A stretch of DNA of 64,000 bases from an uncultured Chloroflexia bacterium (GCA_963713975.1 OY970218.1:2912001-2976000); one strand, 5' to 3'. Counted from the stretch's first letter, positions 38,618-48,595 are shown. The notes: generated by a model from the letters alone, not told the origin. A program made the numbers and translations.

Positions 38618-39802
38618 ATGCCCCTCGTGAGCGCCCAGCAGCCCTCCCATGGGAACCAGCGTCTGACCGAGGAGCAGCGGCTGCTGCGTGACGCCGTCCG
38701 GGTCCTTACCGACGAGCAGATCGCGCCACGTGCGGCGGAGATCGACCGCAGCGCCGAGTGGCCCGACGACGTCCGGCAGCTGCTGGCACGACAGGACATC
38801 TTCGCGATCCCGTTCGAGGAGCGCCACGGCGGGCTCGGGGCAGACCTGTTGACGCTCTGCCTGGCCATCGAGCAGCTCAGCCGGGCCTGCGCGACGACCG
38901 GTCTGATGCTCGCCGTCCAGGCCCTTGGCGCCATTCCCATCCAGGTGGCCGGCACGCCCGAGCAGCAGGACCGCTGGCTGCCGGGGCTGGCCTCCGGCGA
39001 GCGCCTCATCGCGTTCGCCCTGACCGAGGCCGACGCTGGCTCGGATCCGTCGGGCATCCGCACCCGGGCCGTCCTCGACGGCGACGAGTACGTGATCGAC
39101 GGTGGCAAGCGGTTCATCAGCCACGCCAGCGTCGCCGATTACGTCGTCGTCTTCGCCGTGACCGATGCGGACGCCGCCAAGCCAAGCCGGCGCCTGTCGG
39201 CGATCCTGGTCGAGACGGACCGTCCGGGCTTCCGGGTGACCCGGGTCGAGCACAAGATGGGCATCCGCGGATCACCCACCGCCGAGCTCGCCTTCGACGG
39301 CGTCCGTGTTCCAGTTGGCAACCGCCTCGGAGCCGCCGGCCAGGGCTTCGCCATCGCCATGCAGACGTTCGAGCGCTCCCGTCCCGGGATCGCCGCCCAG
39401 GCGGTCGGGATCGCACAGGGCGCCCTCGAGGTGGCGGCCGGCTATGCGCGAGAGCGTCACCAATTCGGGAAGCCGATCGCCGAGCTGCAGATGGTCCAGG
39501 CGATGCTCGCCGACATGGACGCGGCGACGGAAGCGGCCCGACAGCTGCTGTACACGGCCTGCGAGGAGATCGAATCGGGGAACGGCGACGCCGCCCGGTG
39601 GGCCTCCCTCTGTAAACTCGTGGCCGGCGATACCGCCATGCGGGTCACCACCGACGCGGTGCAGGTCCTGGGCGGCTATGGCTATATCGATGAGTACCCG
39701 GTCGAGCGGATGATGCGCGACGCGAAGATCACCCAGCTCTACGAGGGGACGCAGCAGATCCAGCGGCTCATCGTCGCCCGCTCGCTCCTCACCGGGGGCT
39801 GA
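38618..39802 (+). CDS. acyl-CoA dehydrogenase
   Basis: FALTEADAGSD, KMGIRGSPT, QVLGGYGY, RDAKITQLYEGT. Confidence 0.95.
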   Translation: MPLVSAQQPSHGNQRLTEEQRLLRDAVRVLTDEQIAPRAAEIDRSAEWPDDVRQLLARQDIFAIPFEERHGGLGADLLTLCLAIEQLSRACATTGLMLAVQALGAIPIQVAGTPEQQDRWLPGLASGERLIAFALTEADAGSDPSGIRTRAVLDGDEYVIDGGKRFISHASVADYVVVFAVTDADAAKPSRRLSAILVETDRPGFRVTRVEHKMGIRGSPTAELAFDGVRVPVGNRLGAAGQGFAIAMQTFERSRPGIAAQAVGIAQGALEVAAGYARERHQFGKPIAELQMVQAMLADMDAATEAARQLLYTACEEIESGNGDAARWASLCKLVAGDTAMRVTTDAVQVLGGYGYIDEYPVERMMRDAKITQLYEGTQQIQRLIVARSLLTGG

Positions 39803-39835
39803 TCGGGCGACGCGACACCAGGGAGCGATGCCCAC

Positions 39836-40621
39836 GTGCGAATCGTCGTCCTCACCAAGCCCGTCCCGGATCCGGCAGCCGGCGCAGAGCGCCTGGGGCC
39901 GGACATGCGCCTCGACCGGGCCGCGTCGCCGACCGTCGTCAACGGCAACGACGAGTACGCGCTCGAGGCCGCCCTCCAGCTCGTCGAGGCGCACGGCGGA
40001 GAGGTCGTGATCGTGACCATGGCCCCCGCCAGCGGCGTCGAGACGATGCGCAAGGCGCTCGCGATGGGGGCGACTCGCGGGGTGCTGGTCACGGACGACG
40101 CGCTTGCCGGGGCCGACCTTCCGACCACGATCCGGGTGCTGGCCGCTGCGGTCGCCGGGGAGCCGTTCGACCTCCTTCTCGCCGGCCTCGATACCTCCGA
40201 TGGCGTCGGGGGCGCGGTCGCGGCCGGCGTCGCGGCGCGCCTCGGCCTGCCGCTGCTCTCGGCCGCCGGCGCGATCGAGCCGGACCCGGCTGCCGGTCGC
40301 GTCCGGGTGCGCCGCCTGACCGCCAAGGGCTACGACCTGGTGGAGGCACCGATGCCGGCCGTCGTCTCGTGCACGCAGGCGCTCGGTGCCCCCCGCTATC
40401 CGTCCCTCAAGGGGATCATGGCAGCACGCTCGCGGGAGATCGCCCAGCGGTCGCTGGGCGATCTCGGAGACGACCTGGCGCCGTCTGACGGGGTGTGGGC
40501 CACCAGGGTTGTCGAGGTAGAGGCTCCGCCGGCGCGCGCCGCGGGGCGTGTGGTGAGCGGTGCGGCTGGTGACGCGGCCCGCGAGATCGCCGACTTCCTC
40601 GCGGACCGGAGGCTCATCTGA
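39836..40621 (+). CDS. etfB: electron transfer flavoprotein beta subunit
   Basis: KPVPD, DEYALEAAL, ALAMGA, PRYPSLKGIM. Confidence 0.93.
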   Translation: MRIVVLTKPVPDPAAGAERLGPDMRLDRAASPTVVNGNDEYALEAALQLVEAHGGEVVIVTMAPASGVETMRKALAMGATRGVLVTDDALAGADLPTTIRVLAAAVAGEPFDLLLAGLDTSDGVGGAVAAGVAARLGLPLLSAAGAIEPDPAAGRVRVRRLTAKGYDLVEAPMPAVVSCTQALGAPRYPSLKGIMAARSREIAQRSLGDLGDDLAPSDGVWATRVVEVEAPPARAAGRVVSGAAGDAAREIADFLADRRLI

Positions 40622-41595
40622 TGCCCGTAACCTTTCTCGCCGTGACGGAGGCGTCGGACGGCTCCCTGACCAAGCTCTCCACCGAGGTCGCCACCCTTGC
40701 CCGGATGCTCGCCGAGGCGGCCGGCGGGGATGCCGTCGGACTGGTCCTGGACACAGACCCAGCCGCACCCGCGGCGGAGCTTGCGGCTTACCTGCCGCGG
40801 GTCGTCGCTGTCACGAGCACGGCCGTCGCCGGAGAGGTCCCGGCACCGCACGTCGCGGCGGAGGTCGTCCGCCTGCTCGACGAAGGCGTCACGCACGTCA
40901 TCCTCGGTGGGACCACGGATGGCCGCGATGTCGCGGGAACGGTGATCGGCCTGACAGGGCTTGGCCTGCTGGCCAACGCGGACGGGGCGACGTGGACGAG
41001 CGATGGACCCGTCTCCCGCTCCAGCGTCCTCGGCGGCAAGGTGATCACCGGGAGCGCCCTGACGGCGGGCTCCGGGCTGCTGACCCTCCGTCCGGGTGGC
41101 GTGACCGCGGCGACGGCCGACGCCATGGGCACCATCGAGATCCGCGACCCCTCCCCGCCGGCGACGCCTGCGGCGGCCGTGCTGGACAGGGTCGAGGAGG
41201 CGGGTGCCGCCGCCTCGCTTGAGGACGCCAAGGTGGTCGTGGTCGGTGGCCGGGGCGTCGGCAGCACGGAGGGCTTCGCGGTCGTCGAGGAGCTCGCGGA
41301 GGTGCTGGGCGGTGTCGTCGGCGCCACGCGGGCGTCCGTCGATGCGGGATGGGTGCCGTACGCCCGCCAGATCGGCCAGACGGGCCGGATCGTGAAGCCG
41401 GCGCTGTATCTCGGCCTGGGCGTGTCGGGAGCGATGCAGCACCGCGTCGGCATGCAGGGATCCGAGGCCATCGTGGCCATCAACCGCGATCCGGATGCGC
41501 CGATGGCCGAGGTCGCGGACCTGTTCGTGATCGCGGACCTGTTCGAGGTCGGGACTGCCCTGGTTGCCGAGCTGCGCACGCGGCGCGGCGGCTGA
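40621..41595 (+). CDS. etfA: electron transfer flavoprotein alpha subunit
   Basis: GGRGVG, GATRASVDAGW, QIGQTG, GVSGAMQH, AINRDPDAP. Confidence 0.93.
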   Translation: MPVTFLAVTEASDGSLTKLSTEVATLARMLAEAAGGDAVGLVLDTDPAAPAAELAAYLPRVVAVTSTAVAGEVPAPHVAAEVVRLLDEGVTHVILGGTTDGRDVAGTVIGLTGLGLLANADGATWTSDGPVSRSSVLGGKVITGSALTAGSGLLTLRPGGVTAATADAMGTIEIRDPSPPATPAAAVLDRVEEAGAAASLEDAKVVVVGGRGVGSTEGFAVVEELAEVLGGVVGATRASVDAGWVPYARQIGQTGRIVKPALYLGLGVSGAMQHRVGMQGSEAIVAINRDPDAPMAEVADLFVIADLFEVGTALVAELRTRRGG

Positions 41596-41622
41596 CGCCG
41601 TACGGACCGGAGGACGAGGCGC

Positions 41623-42243
41623 GTGCAGCCCGAGGTGATCGTGTGGCTGGGGGTGCTGGGCGCCCTCGCCGCGCTGTTCGTGCTGACGGTCCGGCGCATG
41701 TCGGCGCTGTCCTCGCGGACTCGTGAGCTCGAGCGCTTCCAGCAGGCGGTGGACGCCATCGATCTTCGCTTTGCGGCCGTCATCGATCCGGTGGCACGCG
41801 GCCTGGACGAGGCGCGTCGGGGCACTCCCGACATGTCGGCGCTCGTGGCGAGCGTGGCCTCGCTGCACGTGACGCTAGATGGCCTCCTGGTCGAGTCGCG
41901 GGCATTGGCCGTGCCCGTCGGCCTCGAGCCGCTGGCACTGGCCATGGCCGTCGAGCTCGAGCGTGCCGACCGGGCCGCGGATCTCGTGGAGCATGGGCTG
42001 GGGGTCCTCAGCGCAGGTCGCCGCGGCCGTGAGCTCGAGGCGCAGACGTCGCTCAAGCGGGGCGCACTCAACCTCCGCCACGCTCGGGATGCCTACGCCC
42101 GCCTCGCGCTCGACACGCGGGCCCTGCGGCCCGTGGACCTCGCCGGCCGGAAGCCCGGTGAGGCGGCCGTAACGACATCGCTGGCCGGCTACACAGTGTC
42201 CGATCCTGACAACGTCGAAGGGTCCTTCGACCCCCGCATGTAG
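41623..42243 (+). CDS. hypothetical membrane-anchored helical protein
   Basis: GGAGG RBS, N-terminal TM, host-like codon usage. Confidence 0.7.
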   Translation: MQPEVIVWLGVLGALAALFVLTVRRMSALSSRTRELERFQQAVDAIDLRFAAVIDPVARGLDEARRGTPDMSALVASVASLHVTLDGLLVESRALAVPVGLEPLALAMAVELERADRAADLVEHGLGVLSAGRRGRELEAQTSLKRGALNLRHARDAYARLALDTRALRPVDLAGRKPGEAAVTTSLAGYTVSDPDNVEGSFDPRM

Positions 42244-42277
42244 TGGTATTCTCCCGCCACACCACAAGGGCTAGTGG
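42231..42277 (+). promoter_or_regulatory. tandem NrdR boxes upstream of nrdR-dcd
   Basis: CCCCCGCATGTAGTGG (42231-42246) and CCACAAGGGCTAGTGG (42262-42277), 31-bp periodicity typical of NrdR box pairs. Confidence 0.75.
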
Positions 42278-42298
42278 TCTGAGGAGCTCGGAGGGTCG

Positions 42299-42781
42299 AT
42301 GCGCTGTCCGCAGTGCGGCACCCGCGACACGCGGGTCGTAGACTCGCGCGACCTCGACGAGGCGGCCATGGTCAGGCGCCGCCGCGAGTGCCCGTCCTGC
42401 GTCGCCCGGTTCACCACCTATGAGCGCGTCGAGGCGGCCCGGCTCGTCGTCGTCAAGCGTGACGGCACCCGCCAGGAGTTCGACCGGGACAAGCTGGCGT
42501 CCGGTCTGGCCAAGGCCCTGACCCGCCGGCCGGTCGCCGACGATGCCGCTGAGCGGGCCGCCGACCAGATCGAGAGCGAGCTGCGATCCTCGGGACTGTC
42601 CGAGATCCCGTCGTCGCGGGTCGGCGCCAAGGCCATGGATAAGCTGCGGGCCCTGGACCACATCGCCTACATCCGGTTCGCATCCGTCTACCAGAGCTTC
42701 GAGGATCTGGCCGACCTCAAGCGCGAGGTGGACCAGCTGTTTGCCGAAGGCACACCGAAGAAGGGGAAGCGCGCGCGATGA
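42299..42781 (+). CDS. nrdR: transcriptional repressor NrdR
   Basis: [29 protein letters not shown] cone, AYIRFASVY. Confidence 0.97.
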   Translation: MRCPQCGTRDTRVVDSRDLDEAAMVRRRRECPSCVARFTTYERVEAARLVVVKRDGTRQEFDRDKLASGLAKALTRRPVADDAAERAADQIESELRSSGLSEIPSSRVGAKAMDKLRALDHIAYIRFASVYQSFEDLADLKREVDQLFAEGTPKKGKRAR

Positions 42782-43371
42782 GCGTCCTTGCCGACCGCGA
42801 CATCCGGGCCGAGCTGGAGTCCGGGCGCGTCCGCATCGATCCGTACGACTCGGCCGACCTCCAGCCCTCGTCGGTGGACCTCCACCTGGACCGCAGTTTC
42901 CGCGTCTTCCGCAACAACCGCTACGCGTTCATCGATCCACGCACGCCCCAGCCGGACCTGACCGAGCTGCTGGCGATCGGGGACGACGAGCCGTTCATCC
43001 TGCACCCGGGAGAGTTCGTGCTCGGTCGCACGGTCGAGTGGGTAGAGCTGCCGGATGACCTAGTCGCGAGGCTCGAGGGCAAGTCCAGCCTCGGCCGGCT
43101 CGGGTTGCTGATCCACTCCACGGCGGGCTACGTGGATCCGGGCTGGAAGGGCACGCTGACTCTCGAGCTGTCCAATGTCGCCAACCTGCCGATCGCCCTC
43201 TACCACGGAATGCGCATCGGCCAGATCAGCTTCTTCAGGATGAGCTCGCCGGTGGAGAGGCCGTACGGGAGCAAGGAGCTCGGGTCCAAATACCAGGGCC
43301 AGTCCGAACCTACTGCTTCTGCCTTCCACGCCGACTTCGAGCGCGGGCGCAAGACCAGCACCGAGGGCTGA
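42778..43371 (+). CDS. dcd: dCTP deaminase
   Basis: [41 protein letters not shown]. Confidence 0.96.
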   Translation: MSVLADRDIRAELESGRVRIDPYDSADLQPSSVDLHLDRSFRVFRNNRYAFIDPRTPQPDLTELLAIGDDEPFILHPGEFVLGRTVEWVELPDDLVARLEGKSSLGRLGLLIHSTAGYVDPGWKGTLTLELSNVANLPIALYHGMRIGQISFFRMSSPVERPYGSKELGSKYQGQSEPTASAFHADFERGRKTSTEG

Positions 43372-43375
43372 TTCG

Positions 43376-44242
43376 GTGGCACTCAACGACGCCGTCCACT
43401 GGCGGGCCGACCTCGGCGGCGGTACCACCGTCGCGCTGATCCAGGCCGGCACTTTCCGCACGGACGCGGGCGCGATCCTTGGTCCTGTGCCCTGGATCCT
43501 GTGGCGCGCGCTTGCCGAGGGCGAGCTCGACGCCAACCGGCGTCTCATCCAGGCCCTCAACTGCCTGCTCGTCGAGACGCCCGCTGGGCGTGTCCTGATC
43601 GAGACGGGGATCGGCGAGCGGCTGGACGCGAAGAATACGGCGATGCGCGAGTACCTGGGCACGCCCATTGTGCCCGCGATGCGCGAGGCGGGGTTCGACC
43701 CCGACACCGTGGACGTCGTGGCCATGAGCCACCTCCACTTCGACCACGCTGGTGGTCTGCTCCTGGCCGACGGTTCCAAGGCGTTTCCGCGAGCCCGGAT
43801 CGTGGCCCAGCGGTCTGAGTGGGAGATCGCGCTGGGCGGCAACAGCCGGCTCGTGGCCTCCTACGACCAGCCCGAGCTCCGCCTCGTCGCCGACTGGGGC
43901 GCGGAGGGGTGGACCGACGGGGATCGGGAGCTGCTGCCAGGCGTGTCCGTGGTCCGGACCGGCGGGCACTCCGCGGGCCATCAGGCCGTGGTCGTGCGCG
44001 GCACTGGACAGGGTGCGAGGTCACTGGCGTTCTTCGGCGACCTGTGCATGCGTCCCTGGTCTGCGAACCCGCGCTGGGTGACGGCGTTCGATGACTTCCC
44101 ACTGGACAGCGTCGAGGTCAAGGGCGAGCTCTTCCGCCGCGCCGTGGAGGACGAATGGACGGTCGTGCTGAGCCACGAGGCGCGGATGCCGGTGGGCAGA
44201 CTGATCCCGGACCGGGACCGCTTCCGCTTCGAGGGGCTATAG
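43376..44242 (+). CDS. MBL-fold metallo-hydrolase
   Basis: SHLHFDHAGG, TGGHSAGH, GD, H motifs. Confidence 0.9.
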   Translation: MALNDAVHWRADLGGGTTVALIQAGTFRTDAGAILGPVPWILWRALAEGELDANRRLIQALNCLLVETPAGRVLIETGIGERLDAKNTAMREYLGTPIVPAMREAGFDPDTVDVVAMSHLHFDHAGGLLLADGSKAFPRARIVAQRSEWEIALGGNSRLVASYDQPELRLVADWGAEGWTDGDRELLPGVSVVRTGGHSAGHQAVVVRGTGQGARSLAFFGDLCMRPWSANPRWVTAFDDFPLDSVEVKGELFRRAVEDEWTVVLSHEARMPVGRLIPDRDRFRFEGL

Positions 44243-44266
44243 CCTCCGAGGCGAGCCGCGGGGTCG

Positions 44267-44980
44267 TCAGCTCGCGGCGGGGGACTCCGGCCGCAGGCCC
44301 AGCACCTGTTCGGCGGACTCCACGGTCAGCGGCCCGTTCACGACGTTCGTGATCCGGCCGTCTGGTCCGATGATGACCTGCGTCGGTAGCGCGAAGACAC
44401 GGTAGAGGTCGAACACGTCTGCCGACGCGTCGAACGCGATCGTGTAGGGCAGCTCGTAGCGCTGGGCGTATGCGCGGACGTCATCGGGCGTCGTCTCCTG
44501 GACGGCGATGCCGACGATCGCAAGCTGGTCACCGTAACGTTCGGCCATCGTGCGCAGCACGGGCGTCTCACCCTGGCATGGCGGGCACCACGTCGCCCAG
44601 AAGTTGAGCCAGACGACCTTCCCCCGCAGGTCCGCGAGTCGGACGGGGTTTCCGTCGAGGTCCGTCAGGGTGGCGGGCGAGCCGTCCGGCAGCATCCAGG
44701 TGAGCTCGGGCGCCTGCTGGCCCGGCTGCAGACCAACGGTCGCCGCGCCGACGATGTACGGCGTGGACGCGGGCAGGATGGTGGCGATGGCCGGGCCCGG
44801 CCCGGGCGCGATGGGCCTCGTGACGAGGGCGAGCCCGACAGCGCCGATCACGAGGACCACCAGGACCGCCAGAAGCTGTCGCCCGGTGAACGGGCCGATC
44901 AGGCCGCGGCGGGTGGTGGGCGGCTCCGCCGCCATGCCCGATGGATCGGCTTCCACGCCCTCCGGACCGAGGTCCGTCAT
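44267..44980 (-). CDS. TlpA/ResA-family thiol-disulfide oxidoreductase
   Basis: TM anchor; LNFWATWCPPC; overlaps ccdA stop. Confidence 0.9.
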   Translation of the reverse strand: MTDLGPEGVEADPSGMAAEPPTTRRGLIGPFTGRQLLAVLVVLVIGAVGLALVTRPIAPGPGPAIATILPASTPYIVGAATVGLQPGQQAPELTWMLPDGSPATLTDLDGNPVRLADLRGKVVWLNFWATWCPPCQGETPVLRTMAERYGDQLAIVGIAVQETTPDDVRAYAQRYELPYTIAFDASADVFDLYRVFALPTQVIIGPDGRITNVVNGPLTVESAEQVLGLRPESPAAS

Positions 44981-45789
44981 ACCGCCGGTACGAACTGGAA
45001 GTAGCGTGGCAGGAGCACCAGCCAGTCGAACATCATTGCAAGCCCGATGGCCACCACCAGCAGCCCGCCCACGAGGGACACGATCCGGCCGTGCTTGACC
45101 AGTGCTCGCGTGAGCGGCCGCGACCGGTCGAAGAACGCGGCGATGAGGACGAACGGGATGCCGAGACCCAGCGTGTAGCCCACGAGCAGGAGCGCTCCCT
45201 GGACCTTGCCATCGGAGGTGGCTGCCATCGTGAGGATCCCGCCGAGGATGGCCCCGATGCAGGGGGTCCAGCCGATGGCGAAGATCGAGCCGAGCGTGAA
45301 TGCGGCTCCCAGGCCGGATCGTCCACCGACCAGACGCGTTCCCATCCTGCCACCGAACCCGCCGCCGCCCGCGGGCGCGATGGCCATGCCGCCCGTCGTC
45401 GTCACCAGCCCCGCCGAGGCACCGGCGTCCAGGGGTCGCCAGGTGCGCTCGAGGAACCCGATCTTGATGATCCCGGCAAGGCTGAGGCCCATGATCACGA
45501 GGACGCCGCCGCCGATCACCCGGAGCGGTTGCATGTAGTCGGCGATGGCACCGCCGGCGAACGCCGCCGTGATGCCGAGCAGCGTGAAGACCGCCCCGAA
45601 CCCCGCCACGAACGCCACCGCATGGCGGACGGCTGCCCATCGCGACGGCGAGGCCGATGCCCCCTGCGCCGCCACGGCGACCGCCGTCAGCTGACCGAGA
45701 TATGCCGGGACGAGCGGCAGCACGCACGGGGAGAGGAAGGAGATCAGGCCCGCGGCCATGGCCACCAGGAAGGTGTAGTCGCCCGTCAT
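44977..45789 (-). CDS. ccdA: cytochrome c biogenesis protein CcdA
   Basis: SFLSPCVLPLVPAYL, GWTPCIG, YTLGLGIPF. Confidence 0.94.
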   Translation of the reverse strand: MTGDYTFLVAMAAGLISFLSPCVLPLVPAYLGQLTAVAVAAQGASASPSRWAAVRHAVAFVAGFGAVFTLLGITAAFAGGAIADYMQPLRVIGGGVLVIMGLSLAGIIKIGFLERTWRPLDAGASAGLVTTTGGMAIAPAGGGGFGGRMGTRLVGGRSGLGAAFTLGSIFAIGWTPCIGAILGGILTMAATSDGKVQGALLLVGYTLGLGIPFVLIAAFFDRSRPLTRALVKHGRIVSLVGGLLVVAIGLAMMFDWLVLLPRYFQFVPAV

Positions 45790-46073
45790 CGCTGCGGAAC
45801 CTCACCCAGGGCCGTATCCAGCAGCTGCCGTAGCCGGGGAGCGCTGGTGGCCAGCTCCAGCTCCTGGTCGCCCAGGACCACCACCGGGATGGTGAGGGCG
45901 TAGCGGCGGTGCCAGTCCTCGTTGGTGTCGATGTCGCGTTCGATCACCTGGGGCGCGGCCAGACCGCGGGCGGCTCGATCGGCGAGGAGGAGGTCGAGCA
46001 CTGCGTGCGTGTCCTCGCACAGGTGGCAGCCGGGGCGGCCGTACAGGAACAGGTCGGGGAGGGGAGCGCTCAC
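45786..46073 (-). CDS. glutaredoxin-like protein (DUF836)
   Basis: YGRPGCHLCE, DID..W..RY..IPVV. Confidence 0.85.
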   Translation of the reverse strand: MSAPLPDLFLYGRPGCHLCEDTHAVLDLLLADRAARGLAAPQVIERDIDTNEDWHRRYALTIPVVVLGDQELELATSAPRLRQLLDTALGEVPQR

Positions 46074-46164
46074 GATTGGGCCATTGTACGAGGGAGGAAG
46101 GAATGCCCCAGCCGACGCAGCGCGGGTCCGCGCGAGCATCACCAACTCCCTAGAATCCGCGGCG

Positions 46165-46572
46165 ATGGCTGAGCCCACGATGTACGACCAGGTCGGGGGG
46201 ATGGAGTTCTTCGAACGACTGGTGGACCGCTTCTATGACGGCGTCGCCACCGACGACGTGCTGATGCCGCTCTACCCGCAGCCCGATGACCTCGTCGGAG
46301 CGCGCCGCCGGTTGACCCTGTTCCTGGTCCAATACTGGGGTGGGCCGACCACCTACCTGGAGGAGCGCGGCCACCCCCGGCTCCGGGCCAGGCACCATCC
46401 GTTCTCGATCGGGACGCTGGAACGGGACCACTGGCTGCTGCACATGCGGGCCGCGATCGATGTGTCCGGCGCACCCGACGCTGCCCGGGCTCGCCTCCAC
46501 GACTACATGACGCTGGCAGCCGATGCGATGCGCAACCGCGGCGAACCTGGCGAGGCGGCGCGCTCAGGCTGA
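46165..46572 (+). CDS. group II truncated hemoglobin (GlbO-like)
   Basis: YDQVGG, LVDRFY, FLVQYWGGP..Y..ERGHPRLRARH. Confidence 0.92.
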   Translation: MAEPTMYDQVGGMEFFERLVDRFYDGVATDDVLMPLYPQPDDLVGARRRLTLFLVQYWGGPTTYLEERGHPRLRARHHPFSIGTLERDHWLLHMRAAIDVSGAPDAARARLHDYMTLAADAMRNRGEPGEAARSG

Positions 46573-46610
46573 CCCGCCCCATCCCGGGGTCGGGTACGAT
46601 CCGGGGACGC

Positions 46611-46686
46611 GCCCCCGTAGCTCAGTGGATAGAGCGCAGCCGTCCTAAGGCTGGCGTCGGCGGTTCGAATCCGTCCGGGGGCGCCA
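46611..46686 (+). tRNA. tRNA-Arg (CCT); integration target
   Basis: GCCCCCG...CGGGGGC-GCCA; anticodon arm CAGCC-GTCCTAA-GGCTG; GTTCGAATC T-loop. Confidence 0.96.
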
Positions 46687-48165
46687 CGGTGACAGCAACG
46701 CGGAGTTGAAGAACGGCTCCGCTGGCCCCGTGGGAACCCATCCGACAACCTGCCGGTCCCGGGTTTCCACGCGCTCGACGAGCAGGGCGACGATGCTCTG
46801 GATGGCCTCCGGGGTGGCCGTCGTCAGCTCGTCCCCGAGCGACTGGACCACCAGCCGGTGCCGGTCGAACAGGACGACCTTCTCGGCCTCGCCGGGGATC
46901 GCCAGCAACTCGGCCTCGACCTCGGACCGCAGCCGCCGGTACTCGGTGTCGGACAGGTCGCCCCACTCGTTCTGCTTTCGGAGCTGTTCCATGCGGGTCC
47001 GGAGCCGCTGGCGCTCCTTGTCGCTCGTGCCCGGGGTGGGGGAGGCGAGCCGACGCCGCAACTCGGCAGCAACCGCCTCGATGGCGTCGGGCGGCAGGGC
47101 GGCGGTCATGAGCCCCGCCACGACCTCCCGCTCCGCCTCGCGGGCAGGAACGCGGCGCTCGTGGCACTCGACCGGCCTCCCGTCGACCTCCATCTGATGG
47201 CGGCCGTCCGCGACCGGACAGGCGTAGTAGGACCAACCCTTGCCCCGGCTGATCCGGGTGTCGCCGCGCATCCTAGCGCCGCAGGAGCAGCGGATCAGCC
47301 CCCGGAGGGCGTACGTGCGGCGGGCGAACGTCGGCTTGGCGCCGATGTGCCGCTTGCGCGACTCGACGCCGGAGAACGCATCTGCGTATTCCTCGTCGGT
47401 GAGGATGGCCGGGTGTCGCCCCGGCAGGACCTCGACGCCCCGGCGGGCGGTCACGTTGCCCCGATACATCTCGCGGCGCCGGTAGAGGTCCTTGATGGCG
47501 GCTGTGGTCCACGGACCCCGCACGCGCCGCTTCTCGCCTTCGCGCTGGAGGATTTCGGCCGACTCGGAGAACGGGTGAGTCGCCAGGAGGGCGAACACGC
47601 GGCGCACGACATCGGCTTCCTCGGGGACGATGGCGAGCGTCCGGGGGCGCAGCGGGCGGTAACGGTCGTCCCGCAGCGTGACGTAGCCGAACGGGTCGTT
47701 GCCCCGATGGCCGCCCTGCTCAAAGATTTGGCGGGCCTGAGCGACCATGGTGGCGCTCATCTGGTCTCGGTAGTTTTGGGACACCACGGCGTTGATGCCG
47801 TGGGTGAGCTTGCCGGATGGCGTCGAGAGGTCCTGTCCGTCACCGACTGACAACCGCACACCATGGGCGACGCATTCGCGCAGCAGGGCGAGGTCGTTCT
47901 CGGCGTTTCGGTTGAGGCGGGACTGGTTGTAGGCGCTGATCCCCGCCAGGCGCTCTGACCGGAGATGGGCCAGCATCCGTTGGTATGAGGGGCGGTCGGT
48001 CGTGAACCCGCTGTTGTGGCCGCCGCTGTCGGAGAAGACCTCGACATTCGCCTCCGCCGGGATGCGGGACCGGGCGACCGCCTCCTGCGTCTCATCGCTG
48101 ACATCCGCGTCACCCTCGCGCTTGCTGCTGCGGCGGATGTAGACCGCCCAAACCTTGTCGCTCAT
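46645..48165 (-). CDS. large serine recombinase (integrase)
   Basis: VYIRRSS catalytic motif, DRPSYQRML, SRLNRN, recombinase domain, Zn ribbon (CSCG..YYAC..C), coiled coil; 3' end overlaps the tRNA antisense. Confidence 0.94.
   Translation of the reverse strand: MSDKVWAVYIRRSSKREGDADVSDETQEAVARSRIPAEANVEVFSDSGGHNSGFTTDRPSYQRMLAHLRSERLAGISAYNQSRLNRNAENDLALLRECVAHGVRLSVGDGQDLSTPSGKLTHGINAVVSQNYRDQMSATMVAQARQIFEQGGHRGNDPFGYVTLRDDRYRPLRPRTLAIVPEEADVVRRVFALLATHPFSESAEILQREGEKRRVRGPWTTAAIKDLYRRREMYRGNVTARRGVEVLPGRHPAILTDEEYADAFSGVESRKRHIGAKPTFARRTYALRGLIRCSCGARMRGDTRISRGKGWSYYACPVADGRHQMEVDGRPVECHERRVPAREAEREVVAGLMTAALPPDAIEAVAAELRRRLASPTPGTSDKERQRLRTRMEQLRKQNEWGDLSDTEYRRLRSEVEAELLAIPGEAEKVVLFDRHRLVVQSLGDELTTATPEAIQSIVALLVERVETRDRQVVGWVPTGPAEPFFNSALLSPWRPRTDSNRRRQP
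46671..46686 (+). repeat. attL core CCGTCCGGGGGCGCCA
   Basis: Identical to 55419-55434. Confidence 0.92.
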
Positions 48166-48425
48166 TGGTCCTCCCCTTGGTCGGCGGCCCAGTCCTGGTA
48201 GGAGTCGTAGCCCTCGCGGACCCACGGACGGAGCCAATCGGCGCTCTTAGGGTCGGCGTCGAGGTTCCCGAGCGCCTCCATCGCGGCGCGCCGCTCGTCC
48301 GGGTCTTCGGGGAGGCCAAGAGAGGCATCTCCGTGCCACGGGAGGGTCGGGGGCGGTGCCGACGGCCGCGCCGGATCGTCGCGGTTCTCTGGAGTCTCCG
48401 GGGCCGGGGTGCGCTTCTTGGTCAC
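48162..48425 (-). CDS. hypothetical 87-aa protein translationally coupled to the integrase
   Basis: GTGA/ATGA overlaps with neighbours; its 3' end contains the GGGGAGG RBS of int. Confidence 0.6.
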   Translation of the reverse strand: MTKKRTPAPETPENRDDPARPSAPPPTLPWHGDASLGLPEDPDERRAAMEALGNLDADPKSADWLRPWVREGYDSYQDWAADQGEDQ

Positions 48426-48595
48426 TTGGCCGCCTCGGCAGCCGCCTTCTTCTGCGCCGCGTGGTAGCGCGCGTCGTGACCAGGGACGAACCGGGAGCGC
48501 TTGCCCCGGGGGGACTCGCCGCAGCCGCAGAGGCACGGGGCGCGGGTCGGCTCCGGGGTGGGCTCGGCGGTCGTCTGCTTCGTCCTTGTCGCCAT
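48422..48595 (-). CDS. small CxCGCG/PGHD putative Zn-binding protein
   Basis: AAGGAG RBS; CLCGCGESPRGKRSRFVPGHDARY. Confidence 0.7.
   Translation of the reverse strand: MATRTKQTTAEPTPEPTRAPCLCGCGESPRGKRSRFVPGHDARYHAAQKKAAAEAAK

Noticed and set aside
46503-47236. ORFs with APPDGFEP or GRIRTAD text
   Set aside because: Translations of the tRNA antisense strand in other frames
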